A stretch of 12,698 bases of DNA from Nitrospinales bacterium (GTDB lineage: Bacteria; Nitrospinota; Nitrospinia; Nitrospinales; JAJDAT01), in NCBI GenBank assembly GCA_046757665.1, contig JBHHYO010000074.1, positions 1 to 12,698 of the forward strand. Direction: 5' to 3'. The notes under the pieces are model-generated. The model saw only the letters and a program-made list of their open reading frames with translations, had not been told where the DNA came from and made no database searches. The position numbers were made by a program, and so were the translations under genes. Of this stretch, positions 1 to 7,607 are shown one piece after another; the first letter of the stretch is position 1, and each line of letters begins with the position of its first letter.

Positions 1-2012
1 GTTTTGATGCCGGTGGACAGCATGTCGATGCGGGTTTTGATCGGCATGGTCCAGGCATTAGTCACACCGGGAAAGTTAATGGCCGCATTCATCTCTTCAA
101 TCAGCTTCTTGATTGTCATTCCCGGGCGCCATTGTTCTTCCGGTTTGAGCATGATCGTGGTTTCCATCATGCTCAGGGGCGCCGGGTCGGTGGCGGTTTC
201 CGCCCGCCCGATCTTGCCGAACACGTGATGAACTTCCGGAAATTTTTTGATGATCTTGTCCGTCTGCTGAAGCAGTTCCTTGGCCTTGGTGATCGAGATG
301 CCGGGCAAGGTCGTCGGCATGTACAACAGGTCTCCCTCGTTGAGGGGAGGCATGAATTCCGAACCGATTTGTTTCAAGGGTATCATGCTCAGGGCAACCA
401 CGAAAATGGCGCCCAGGATCACAAGGGTTTTCATTTTTAAAGCCAGCCGAATGATAGGGTTGTAGATCAACCATAAAATCCAGTTGACGGGATTTTGCTT
501 TTCGGGAAGGATTCTGCCCCTGACGAAGTAGCCCATCATAACGGGAACAAGGGTCACCGCCAGAATGGCCGACGCCGCCATGGAGTAGGTTTTCGTAAAC
601 GCCAGAGGAGAGAACAAACGGCCCTCCTGGGCTTGCAGGGTCAAAACGGGCAAAAAGGATACGGTGATGATCAGCAGACTGAAAAAGATGGCCGGACCAA
701 CCGCCGCGGAAGCCTCGTAGATGATCTGCCAATGGTCCTTCTTGCCGCGGTCCTGCTCAAGATGCTTGTGCGCGCTTTCGATCATGACGATGGCGCCGAC
801 AATCATGGCGCCGATGGCGATGGCGATTCCGCCCAGGGACATGATGTTGGCGTTGAGCCCCTGGTAATACATGATGATGAACGCCATGAGAACGCCCATG
901 AGAACGGAGAAAATGGCGACCATCGCGGACCGCAAATGCAGGAGAAAGATGACGCAGATGGCCGCGACCATCAGGTTTTCCTCGATCAGTTTTCCTTTCA
1001 GGGTGTCGACCGCTCGCAGGATGAGGCTGGAACGGTCATAGACGGGGATGACCTCCACCCCTTCCGGAAGTCCGGCCTTCAACTCCGCCAGTTTTTGTTT
1101 GACGCCGTTGATGACTTTCAGGGCGTTTTCGCCGAAACGCATGATGACAATTCCACCCGCCACCTCTCCCTCGCCGTTAAGCTCGACCAGTCCGCGTCTC
1201 AACTCCGGCCCCAGTTGAACGTGCGCCACGTCGCGAATCAGGATGGGGGTTCCGCGGGCGTCCACCCCCACGGGAATCGTCTCGATGTCGCCGATATTTT
1301 TAATGTAGCCCAGTCCCCTGACCATGAACTCCATCTCGGACATCTCCAGAAGCCGCCCACCGACGTCGTTGTTGCTTCGCTTGATGGCCATGAAGATTTT
1401 ATGCAACGGGATGTTGTAGGCGATAAGCCGGTTGGGGTCCACCTCCACCTGGTATTGCTTGACGTAGCCGCCGATACTGGCAACTTCGGAGACACCGGAG
1501 ACGGTTTGCAGTTCATAGCGAAGATACCAGTCCTGGATGGAGCGCAATTCGGAGAGATCGTGTTTGCCGGTTCTGTCTACAATAGCGTATTCGAAAACCC
1601 ATCCGACTCCCGTGGCATCCGGCCCCAACGACGGGTTGACTTCCTTGGGCAGTCGTCCCGAAACAAAGTTCAAGTATTCCAGAACGCGGCTACGCGCCCA
1701 GTACATGTCCGTCCCGTCCTCGAATATGATGTAGACGAAGGAAAAGCCGAAGAAAGAATAACCGCGCACGACCTTGGCGAACGGCACCGACAACATGGCC
1801 GTGGTCAAGGGATAGGTGATCTGATCCTCAACGATTTGCGGCGCCTGCCCGGGGTATTTGGTGAAAATGATCACCTGCACGTCGCTGAGGTCGGGAATGG
1901 CGTCGAGCGGCATCCGTTGCAGGACGAAAATACCCCAGACAATGATGAAGCCGGTCCCCAGAAGAACAAGAAATCGATTTTTGAGAGATGCCGCAATGAT
2001 TTTTTTGAGCAT
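1..2012 (-). CDS. cusA: CusA/CzcA-family heavy-metal efflux RND permease, Cu(I)/Ag(I) type; N-terminal 670 codons, 3' end outside window
   Basis: Manually translated open frame from ATG at 2012: [16 protein letters not shown]...[37 protein letters not shown]...[11 protein letters not shown]...[13 protein letters not shown]...[22 protein letters not shown]...[11 protein letters not shown]...[17 protein letters not shown]. Frame is the same at both ends. Not in the ORF track because there is no stop codon in the window. Confidence 0.97.
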   Translation of the reverse strand, partial: MLKKIIAASLKNRFLVLLGTGFIIVWGIFVLQRMPLDAIPDLSDVQVIIFTKYPGQAPQIVEDQITYPLTTAMLSVPFAKVVRGYSFFGFSFVYIIFEDGTDMYWARSRVLEYLNFVSGRLPKEVNPSLGPDATGVGWVFEYAIVDRTGKHDLSELRSIQDWYLRYELQTVSGVSEVASIGGYVKQYQVEVDPNRLIAYNIPLHKIFMAIKRSNNDVGGRLLEMSEMEFMVRGLGYIKNIGDIETIPVGVDARGTPILIRDVAHVQLGPELRRGLVELNGEGEVAGGIVIMRFGENALKVINGVKQKLAELKAGLPEGVEVIPVYDRSSLILRAVDTLKGKLIEENLMVAAICVIFLLHLRSAMVAIFSVLMGVLMAFIIMYYQGLNANIMSLGGIAIAIGAMIVGAIVMIESAHKHLEQDRGKKDHWQIIYEASAAVGPAIFFSLLIITVSFLPVLTLQAQEGRLFSPLAFTKTYSMAASAILAVTLVPVMMGYFVRGRILPEKQNPVNWILWLIYNPIIRLALKMKTLVILGAIFVVALSMIPLKQIGSEFMPPLNEGDLLYMPTTLPGISITKAKELLQQTDKIIKKFPEVHHVFGKIGRAETATDPAPLSMMETTIMLKPEEQWRPGMTIKKLIEEMNAAINFPGVTNAWTMPIKTRIDMLSTGIK

Positions 2013-2017
2013 TGTTT

Positions 2018-2968
2018 TTAGTTAAGGGAACGATCTCGAATTCGAGAAAGATATTTTTGGGGTGATTGGTTAAACTCCGTGGCACAGGTTTGCGAACAAA
2101 AATAATAGATTCGATCCCGAAATTGCGCTTTCAAGGCGTGGCGGGTATCGTGCACCGGCATTCCACATACGGGATCATATGAAGAATTGCGATTGTCGTA
2201 TTGAATGAACGTTTGGAATGCTTTTTCAAAGGTGGGATCAAATTGAGTTCCCGCGGCCTGTGCTATGATTTCCAGAGCCCGTTGTTTGCTGAGTGCCTTT
2301 CGGTAGGCGCGGTCACAACTCATGGCATCATAGGCATCCACAAAACTTATTATTCTTGAGCCCAATGGAATCTCTTGAGCGTTAAGGCCGTCCGGGTACC
2401 CCGTACCATCGTATTTTTCATGATGATGACGGATGATTTTCACGATGTTTTCAAATCCCTTTAATGTTTTGAGGGCGTCGGCTCCATATACGGGATGTTT
2501 TTTAATCCAGTGAAATTCTTCTTCATTTAATTTGTCGGGTTTTTTTAAAATGGCGTCGGGTATGCCAATTTTCCCGATATCATGCAACTCCGCCGCCATG
2601 GAGATTTCTTCTATATCCTCCGAAGGCAATTGCAGATATTCGCTAAAACTTTGCGCTAAATCCCTAACACGCCTCGAATGTCCTTCCGTATAAGGGTCCT
2701 TTAGATCGATGAGGGAAACGAGCGCCAGTTTTATGCCCATCAGTGTTTCAATAGTATCCTGCTGAAAGCGCAGGATTTTTGAAACATCGCCTACCAGTAA
2801 ACCGCAAAAAATCATAACACTGACAAACATGCCCACCATGATTTCACTATGGTATTGCTCGTGGATTATACCTCCGACAAAAGAATCGATCAGAACAAGC
2901 AAGGCAACCATGCCTATTCCGATGATTTTCCACCCCATGCGTGTTTTTTTTAGGATCGAGGAGGCCAT
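2018..2968 (-). CDS. Membrane-anchored HD-GYP domain phosphodiesterase with C-terminal YHS/TRASH metal-binding domain
   Basis: Two N-terminal hydrophobic segments. HD-GYP motifs [55 protein letters not shown]-terminal DPVCGM...YYFCSQTC...F...PQKY (2051-2176). Alternative start ATG at 2938. Confidence 0.93.
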   Translation of the reverse strand: MASSILKKTRMGWKIIGIGMVALLVLIDSFVGGIIHEQYHSEIMVGMFVSVMIFCGLLVGDVSKILRFQQDTIETLMGIKLALVSLIDLKDPYTEGHSRRVRDLAQSFSEYLQLPSEDIEEISMAAELHDIGKIGIPDAILKKPDKLNEEEFHWIKKHPVYGADALKTLKGFENIVKIIRHHHEKYDGTGYPDGLNAQEIPLGSRIISFVDAYDAMSCDRAYRKALSKQRALEIIAQAAGTQFDPTFEKAFQTFIQYDNRNSSYDPVCGMPVHDTRHALKAQFRDRIYYFCSQTCATEFNQSPQKYLSRIRDRSLN

Positions 2969-3047
2969 GATTTCCGTTATTTCAAAAGCTGTTCTCGGCT
3001 TTCCACTTTCGAGGACCGTTGCATAACCCGGGGCTTCGCCGCCGCGG

Positions 3048-3153
3048 TGTCATCGCGAGCCGCTACCCGCGGCGTGGCGATCCAGCCGGGCCACGCCCGG
3101 TGGGAAAGGTTCTTTCTGGATTGCTTCGTCGGCTGAGCCTTCTCGCAATGACA
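3048..3153. repeat. REP-like palindromic element resembling CGTC-tagged repeats (GTCATTGCGAG...CTCGCAATGAC type)
   Basis: Terminal inverted repeats TGTCATCGCGAG (3048-3059) and CTCGCAATGACA (3142-3153), 11/12 match. Inner arms GGCGTGGCGATCCAG (3071-3085) and CTGGATTGCTTCGTC (3116-3130). Internal hairpin CCGGGC-CAC-GCCCGG (3086-3100). Confidence 0.85.
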
Positions 3154-3178
3154 GTCAAACAAGTACACTTATACAAAG

Positions 3179-3194
3179 CTCCCACTTTGGGGAG
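3179..3194 (-). terminator. Short hairpin immediately after the cusB stop (weak terminator or processing-site candidate)
   Basis: Minus strand CTCCC-CAAAGT-GGGAG followed by CTTTGT. Stem is only 5 bp and the U tract is poor. Confidence 0.25.
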
Positions 3195-3199
3195 AATGT

Positions 3200-4954
3200 T
3201 TATTGTTTCATGCCTTCCATGTCCATGCCTTTCATGTCCATAGGCGCGGGCATTTTTTGTTTGCCCGTTTGCGGTAAAGCCTGGGATCCACCTGTTTTCC
3301 CTGTGTTTTTCGTGCTTTTTGGCTTGCTTGTTTTAAGCTTGGATTGTTGCATTTTGTTGAGAGCCTCGCGGAGGTTGCTTTCCGAGTCGATGAGGAAGTT
3401 GGAGGAGGTGACGACCTTTTCCCCGGCCTTAACTCCCTGGATCACCTGAACTTCATTATTCGCGTGACGGCCCAACACAACCTGCCGCGACTCAAATCCG
3501 CCGCTTTTATTCATGACGATCACGATATTTTTCTCTCCGGCATGGATAACCGCCACATCGGGAACGACAACGGTTTTCCGGGCGATGACTGACTTGAAAA
3601 TCAAATCGGCGTACATATCCGGTTTTAACTGCCAGTTTGGATTTCTAAACTCCGTTCTTACTTTGACGGTGCGGGTTTTCGGGTCCAAGACGGGGTCGAT
3701 AAAAGTAACCTTCCCCTTGAATTTCTTGCCCGGAAAATAGGAAAGTTGCATTTCCGTTTCCTGGCCCATTCGTATCCAGGGCAATTCATATTCATAAATC
3801 TCTCCCTGAACCCATATATTGGAAAGGTCGGCGATGGTATAAAGGCTCATTCCCGGTTTGATATACATTCCCTGCAACACGTGTTTCTTGATGACGAATC
3901 CGCGCACCGGCGAATGAATGTGCATGGTTTTTGTGATTTTCTGATTGCGAATCAACTCCTCGATCTGGTGCTCCGGAACATCAAACAACTCCAGTCGGCG
4001 GCGGGTGGACTCGAGAAGCGCCTTGGACCCCTGGGAAAGCTCGGTGAACGGATTGTCCTTAAGCGTCTGGTTGTACTTCATGGCGAGGAGCAGTTCTTCC
4101 TGTGTCGATACCAGTTCCGGGCTGTAAATTTCCGCCAGCAATTGGCCTTCCTCGACTTCCTGGCCCGTAAAATCGACATGCAGTTTCTCTACCCATCCCT
4201 CGTACTTGGTATGAACGTGGGTAACTTTTCTTTCGTCGTAAGTTAACGTTCCGATGGTCCGGATTTCCCGCTTGAGGGTTTTGACTTCTGCAATCTCCGT
4301 TTTGACTCCAATGTCTTGAACGATATTTGCCTGAATGCGGATACCGTCTCCGCCCCCCTCATCCTCGTAAACCGGGATCAAGTCCATCCCCATTGGGGAT
4401 TTCCCGGGTTTGTCGGAAATGTAACCGGCGGTCATCGGGGCTTTCCAATACTTGATTTTTCTTTGTTTTTTGGGAGGCGTTTTGTCCGGTTCGGCGTTCG
4501 CTTGCCCGGGTGGCTCTGGCGGCGGCAAGGGTTTTGGTTTTTGCGCTAATTGGGAGTCAATAACGTCCGTGATTTTCTGCGTTATGGGCCCGGATTTTTC
4601 GATAATCAATGAAGCAAATTTTTCCACATTCTTTGGGGTCTCTTGCAGGGAATCCGGGTTTGTGGAATAACCTAAAAGATAGACCAGGCCCATGGTCAGA
4701 AGGAATCCGGCAAACTTTAAAAACCTGGAAGATCGCCGAGGTCCCGCGGATTGGGATTTGGAATCGGCAGATTCCTTCATGGGAAAAATAATCTCTTCCT
4801 CGGAATCGGATTCGCCGGTATCGGACGGTCTCTCCTCGGAAAGCGGCCGTTTCAAGTTTTTGATTTCTTTCATATCGTCCTCACTTTTCCCCAAGGCGTA
4901 CTGCGCGGATTTTTCTCGAGGAGTTTTCGCAATCGTTTGTTTGAAACGTTTCAA
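3200..4954 (-). CDS. cusB: CusB-like periplasmic adaptor (membrane fusion protein) with long N-terminal extension and Met-rich C-terminal tail
   Basis: Metal-binding motif YWKAPM...KPGKSPMGMDLIPVY. MFP motifs GWVEKL, IYSPELVSTQEELL, IADLSNIWV, IDPVLDPKTRTVKVR, LKPDMYA, FLIDSESNLRE. Start uncertain: TTG at 4954 (TTGA overlap with the cusC stop) or ATG at 4873 preceded by GAGG. Confidence 0.95.
   Translation of the reverse strand: MKRFKQTIAKTPREKSAQYALGKSEDDMKEIKNLKRPLSEERPSDTGESDSEEEIIFPMKESADSKSQSAGPRRSSRFLKFAGFLLTMGLVYLLGYSTNPDSLQETPKNVEKFASLIIEKSGPITQKITDVIDSQLAQKPKPLPPPEPPGQANAEPDKTPPKKQRKIKYWKAPMTAGYISDKPGKSPMGMDLIPVYEDEGGGDGIRIQANIVQDIGVKTEIAEVKTLKREIRTIGTLTYDERKVTHVHTKYEGWVEKLHVDFTGQEVEEGQLLAEIYSPELVSTQEELLLAMKYNQTLKDNPFTELSQGSKALLESTRRRLELFDVPEHQIEELIRNQKITKTMHIHSPVRGFVIKKHVLQGMYIKPGMSLYTIADLSNIWVQGEIYEYELPWIRMGQETEMQLSYFPGKKFKGKVTFIDPVLDPKTRTVKVRTEFRNPNWQLKPDMYADLIFKSVIARKTVVVPDVAVIHAGEKNIVIVMNKSGGFESRQVVLGRHANNEVQVIQGVKAGEKVVTSSNFLIDSESNLREALNKMQQSKLKTSKPKSTKNTGKTGGSQALPQTGKQKMPAPMDMKGMDMEGMKQ
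3209..3241 (-). repeat. 15-bp tandem duplication encoding the Met-rich tail MDMKG-MDMEG-M
   Basis: CATGCCTTCCATGTC (3209-3223) and CATGCCTTTCATGTC (3224-3238), one mismatch, followed by CAT. Confidence 0.8.
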
Positions 4955-6231
4955 AATAATCTTTTACCTACGACATGTTCCAGCCGGGCAAGATTTTTTT
5001 CATAGTCAGTCAACTCCTTGTGGTACCTGATCTGCCATTTGAAAAGCGTGATCTCGTTGTCCAGCAGAGTTAAAAAATCCACCTTGTCCACGCCGTATCC
5101 GGCCAGGGCGGATTCCAGGGACTGCCGGGCCTGCGGAATAATTCCAGTCTTGATCAGCTTGAGCAGTTTGGTTCCCTTAACCTCCTCATCCAGGCTTTCC
5201 TTGATTTTCAGGAAAATCTCGTTTCGGGTTTTGTTGTAAGTTTCCTGAGCCATAATCACTTTACGATTCTCTTCAAGCACCTTGCGGCGTTGCTTGCTTT
5301 TCTGCCACAAGGGAATATTGATACCGACAAAAGCAGAGACGAAATCCGGATGGTCCAAGCCCCGCCTCAAGTTGCTTTGCCGTTGCCCGTATCGAAACCC
5401 CACGTTGAAGTCGGGGAAAAAATCCTTTTCGGCTAATCTTCCGGAAACTTTGAACCGCTCGATCACGGAACGGATTCCCTTCAATACCGGACGGCTTCCC
5501 TCGGCGGTTCTTTGCAGATTTTTGAGCGTATAATTGAACGGCGTTTTCGTGATTCCATGAGATATGGACAAAGGCGCTTGCGGCATACGGTTCATCAAGG
5601 TATTGAGTCGGGCCTTTTCGACATCTCTCCTTTTATCCAGCCGGACCAATTCGTCCATGATCTTGGACAACTCCACTTGAGCCTTTATGACATCCTGTTG
5701 AATTCCCTTGCCAACGGAATACTTGGTTTCCGCGATGGTGATGAATTGTTTCAGCAGGGATTTATTTTCCTTGGTGATTTCGATGGACGCCAAAATAAAA
5801 CAAAGCTCGTAAAATGAGACCTTGACCTCCTTGATGAGACTCAGCTTGAGGTCCTCGTAGCTTTCCTCGACAATTTTTACGTTTTTCTCGGCAATCTCCG
5901 TCCGCAGTCCCAGCTTGCCGGGGAAAGGGAATTTCTGTGACAACGTGATTTGTTTCTGCGTCATCGCCTGCGAGGAAAATGAAAAACTGTCGGTCGGCAA
6001 GTTCTTCAACTCAAACTTCAGCATGGGGTCGTCCAGGGAGCCTGCCTGAGAGGGAATCTCCTTGTAAGCCTTGATTTTTTCCCTGGCTTCCTTCAGTTCG
6101 GGATTATTTTCCAGCGCTTCGGTTATAAACCGGTTTAAATTTTCCTTGAATTTACGGGTTTGCTGACCCCAGACCAGGCCGGTATGGGCACAAAAAACCA
6201 GCAAAACAAGAATCGATACCCATCGTTTCAT
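4951..6231 (-). CDS. TolC-family outer membrane efflux protein (CusC role)
   Basis: Signal peptide, ALENNPEL, LSQKFPFPGKL, YSVGKGIQQDVIKAQVE, VGINIPLW, GYGVDKVDFLTLLD. GAGG upstream of ATG. Located directly upstream of the MFP and RND genes. Confidence 0.94.
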   Translation of the reverse strand: MKRWVSILVLLVFCAHTGLVWGQQTRKFKENLNRFITEALENNPELKEAREKIKAYKEIPSQAGSLDDPMLKFELKNLPTDSFSFSSQAMTQKQITLSQKFPFPGKLGLRTEIAEKNVKIVEESYEDLKLSLIKEVKVSFYELCFILASIEITKENKSLLKQFITIAETKYSVGKGIQQDVIKAQVELSKIMDELVRLDKRRDVEKARLNTLMNRMPQAPLSISHGITKTPFNYTLKNLQRTAEGSRPVLKGIRSVIERFKVSGRLAEKDFFPDFNVGFRYGQRQSNLRRGLDHPDFVSAFVGINIPLWQKSKQRRKVLEENRKVIMAQETYNKTRNEIFLKIKESLDEEVKGTKLLKLIKTGIIPQARQSLESALAGYGVDKVDFLTLLDNEITLFKWQIRYHKELTDYEKNLARLEHVVGKRLF

Positions 6232-6333
6232 AGTCGCCTCTGGTTAATTTGATTTTGGGAACCGGGAATCCTCGCGGACAAACCGGCTCAAAAAGGCAAA
6301 CCACGCCTCGTGTTAAATCTTAAACAGCCAGGG

Positions 6334-6347
6334 TGTAACGTGTTACA
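6334..6347. promoter_or_regulatory. 14-bp dyad TGTAAC-GT-GTTACA in the spacer between the leader ORF and the TolC gene (possible operator)
   Basis: Perfect 6-bp arms, flanked by near-direct repeats AACAGCCAGGG (6323-6333) and AACAGCCGGG (6351-6360). Confidence 0.35.
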
Positions 6348-6367
6348 GGGAACAGCCGGGATGGGTG

Positions 6368-6637
6368 TTATTGTCTGGGAGGATGGTAGACGGGATTTAA
6401 AAAGATGAAATCGAATTTCTCAAAAGCCACCGGAACGTTGCACACAGGAGGGAAAACAAGGTCCGGGTCCGAGAAATCAGCCGCGGCAAAAACCACGCAG
6501 GAATGGCAACTGACCTTCATCGGACAATCCGTGGGAGACATGTCGTGCGTCATGGCGATTGAACTGTTGACCATGAAAAGGCAAAACAGCCCAACCAATA
6601 TGGCCGCCGCAAGAGGATGTTTTCGCAACATTCGCAT
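6368..6637 (-). CDS. Small exported Cys-motif protein or leader peptide of the CutF/CruR (DUF2946)/CzcI-like class
   Basis: N-terminal signal-like hydrophobic segment, Met/His patch MTHDM, CxxC (CHSC, residues 44-47) and C-terminal YHPPRQ. First gene of a heavy-metal RND operon. Confidence 0.8.
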   Translation of the reverse strand: MRMLRKHPLAAAILVGLFCLFMVNSSIAMTHDMSPTDCPMKVSCHSCVVFAAADFSDPDLVFPPVCNVPVAFEKFDFIFLNPVYHPPRQ

Positions 6638-6673
6638 AACAATATGATTTGTTGTAGATTATGCTTTTCTTTT

Positions 6674-6701
6674 AAGCTAATCCCTTTTTTTCAAATGTCA
6701 A
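6674..6701 (-). promoter_or_regulatory. Sigma70-type promoter for the leader/cus operon
   Basis: Minus strand TTGACA (6701-6696), 16-bp spacer, TAGCTT (6679-6674), about 36 bp upstream of the leader ATG. Confidence 0.65.
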
Positions 6702-6813
6702 GTTTTTTTGTCCGCGCCGGCGGGCCGGTTTTTCCTCCAGCCGTCCACCGTTTGGAGTATGATAGGTGCCTTGGCCCGGAGCCTCATGAAAAATTTCGCC
6801 GGAAAGATCAACG

Positions 6814-7602
6814 ATGGAACTGATTGAAGCAAAAGACGCCGCCTTGTCTTACCTGAAACCGGCCACGCGGGAAGTTTTGAAGTATTTTCGCTCGGACGTG
6901 ACCGTCGATGAAAAATCCGACGGTAGCCCGGTGACCATCGCCGACCGCAACGCCGAGGAAATCCTGCGAAAACGCATCAGCCGCGACTTCCCCGGTCACG
7001 GGATCATCGGCGAGGAATTCGGCAACGAGTCCGCCACCGCGGAGTGGGTATGGACCATAGACCCGATCGACGGAACGCTGTCATTCATTCACGACCTGCC
7101 TTTTTTCTCCATGTTGCTGGCCCTGTTGCATCGCGGCCGGCCGGTTATGGGAGTGCTTTCCCTGCCCGCCCTCGGCGAAACGGCCTGGGCCGTGAAGGGC
7201 CGGGGAACCCATTGCAACCGCGGGCGCGTCCGGGTCTCCCAATGCAACAGCTTGAAAAACGCCGTGGCGGCCACCGCCGACCGGTATTGCTTCAAGGAAA
7301 AAAAGTGCCTGCACCTGTATGACCGGATTTACCAACACACCGCCCTGGCGCGCACGTATCCCGACGCCTTTGGCCACTGGATGGCCATCCGCGGGGCCGT
7401 AGATATCATGGTGGACCCGTGGGCCTGTATCTGGGACTTCGCGCCGTGTAAAATCCTGGCGGAGGAAGCGGGAGGCCGTTTCGCCAATTTCACCGGCAAC
7501 AAGGGATCGATCACCGAGGGAACCGCCATCGTCGGCAATGCCGCGCTGGTGCGGCAAGTCAGAACGCTATACCTGAAAGGAAAGAACACCGCGCGCCGTT
7601 GA
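6814..7602 (+). CDS. hisN: Inositol monophosphatase family protein, probably histidinol-phosphate phosphatase (HisN-like)
   Basis: Motifs KSDGSPVTIADRNAE, IIGEEFG, WTIDPIDGTLSF, IWDFAP, EEAGG. Family is clear; substrate specificity is inferred. Confidence 0.8.
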   Translation: MELIEAKDAALSYLKPATREVLKYFRSDVTVDEKSDGSPVTIADRNAEEILRKRISRDFPGHGIIGEEFGNESATAEWVWTIDPIDGTLSFIHDLPFFSMLLALLHRGRPVMGVLSLPALGETAWAVKGRGTHCNRGRVRVSQCNSLKNAVAATADRYCFKEKKCLHLYDRIYQHTALARTYPDAFGHWMAIRGAVDIMVDPWACIWDFAPCKILAEEAGGRFANFTGNKGSITEGTAIVGNAALVRQVRTLYLKGKNTARR

Positions 7603-7607
7603 GGCGG

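Noticed and set aside
97-732. 211-aa minus-strand ORF and other short minus ORFs (1238-1516, 1828-2085) suggesting a fragmented cusA
   Set aside because: They are alternative frames. The true cusA frame is open and consistent from 2012 to the window edge, so there is no frameshift.
495-2021. 508-aa plus-strand ORF
   Set aside because: It is the codon-aligned antisense shadow of cusA, with no recognisable motifs. The minus-strand frame carries clear CusA motifs.
2977-3243. Short ORFs of 63 and 74 aa in the cusB-phosphodiesterase spacer
   Set aside because: They are read-throughs of the palindromic repeat (for example LSLLAMT and VIASR) and show no coding support.
6753-6763. TGGAGTAT shared upstream of the hisN-like gene and gltA (11207-11214), overlapping -10-like hexamers
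   Set aside because: An 8-bp match with no convincing -35 elements could be chance, so neither promoter was called.
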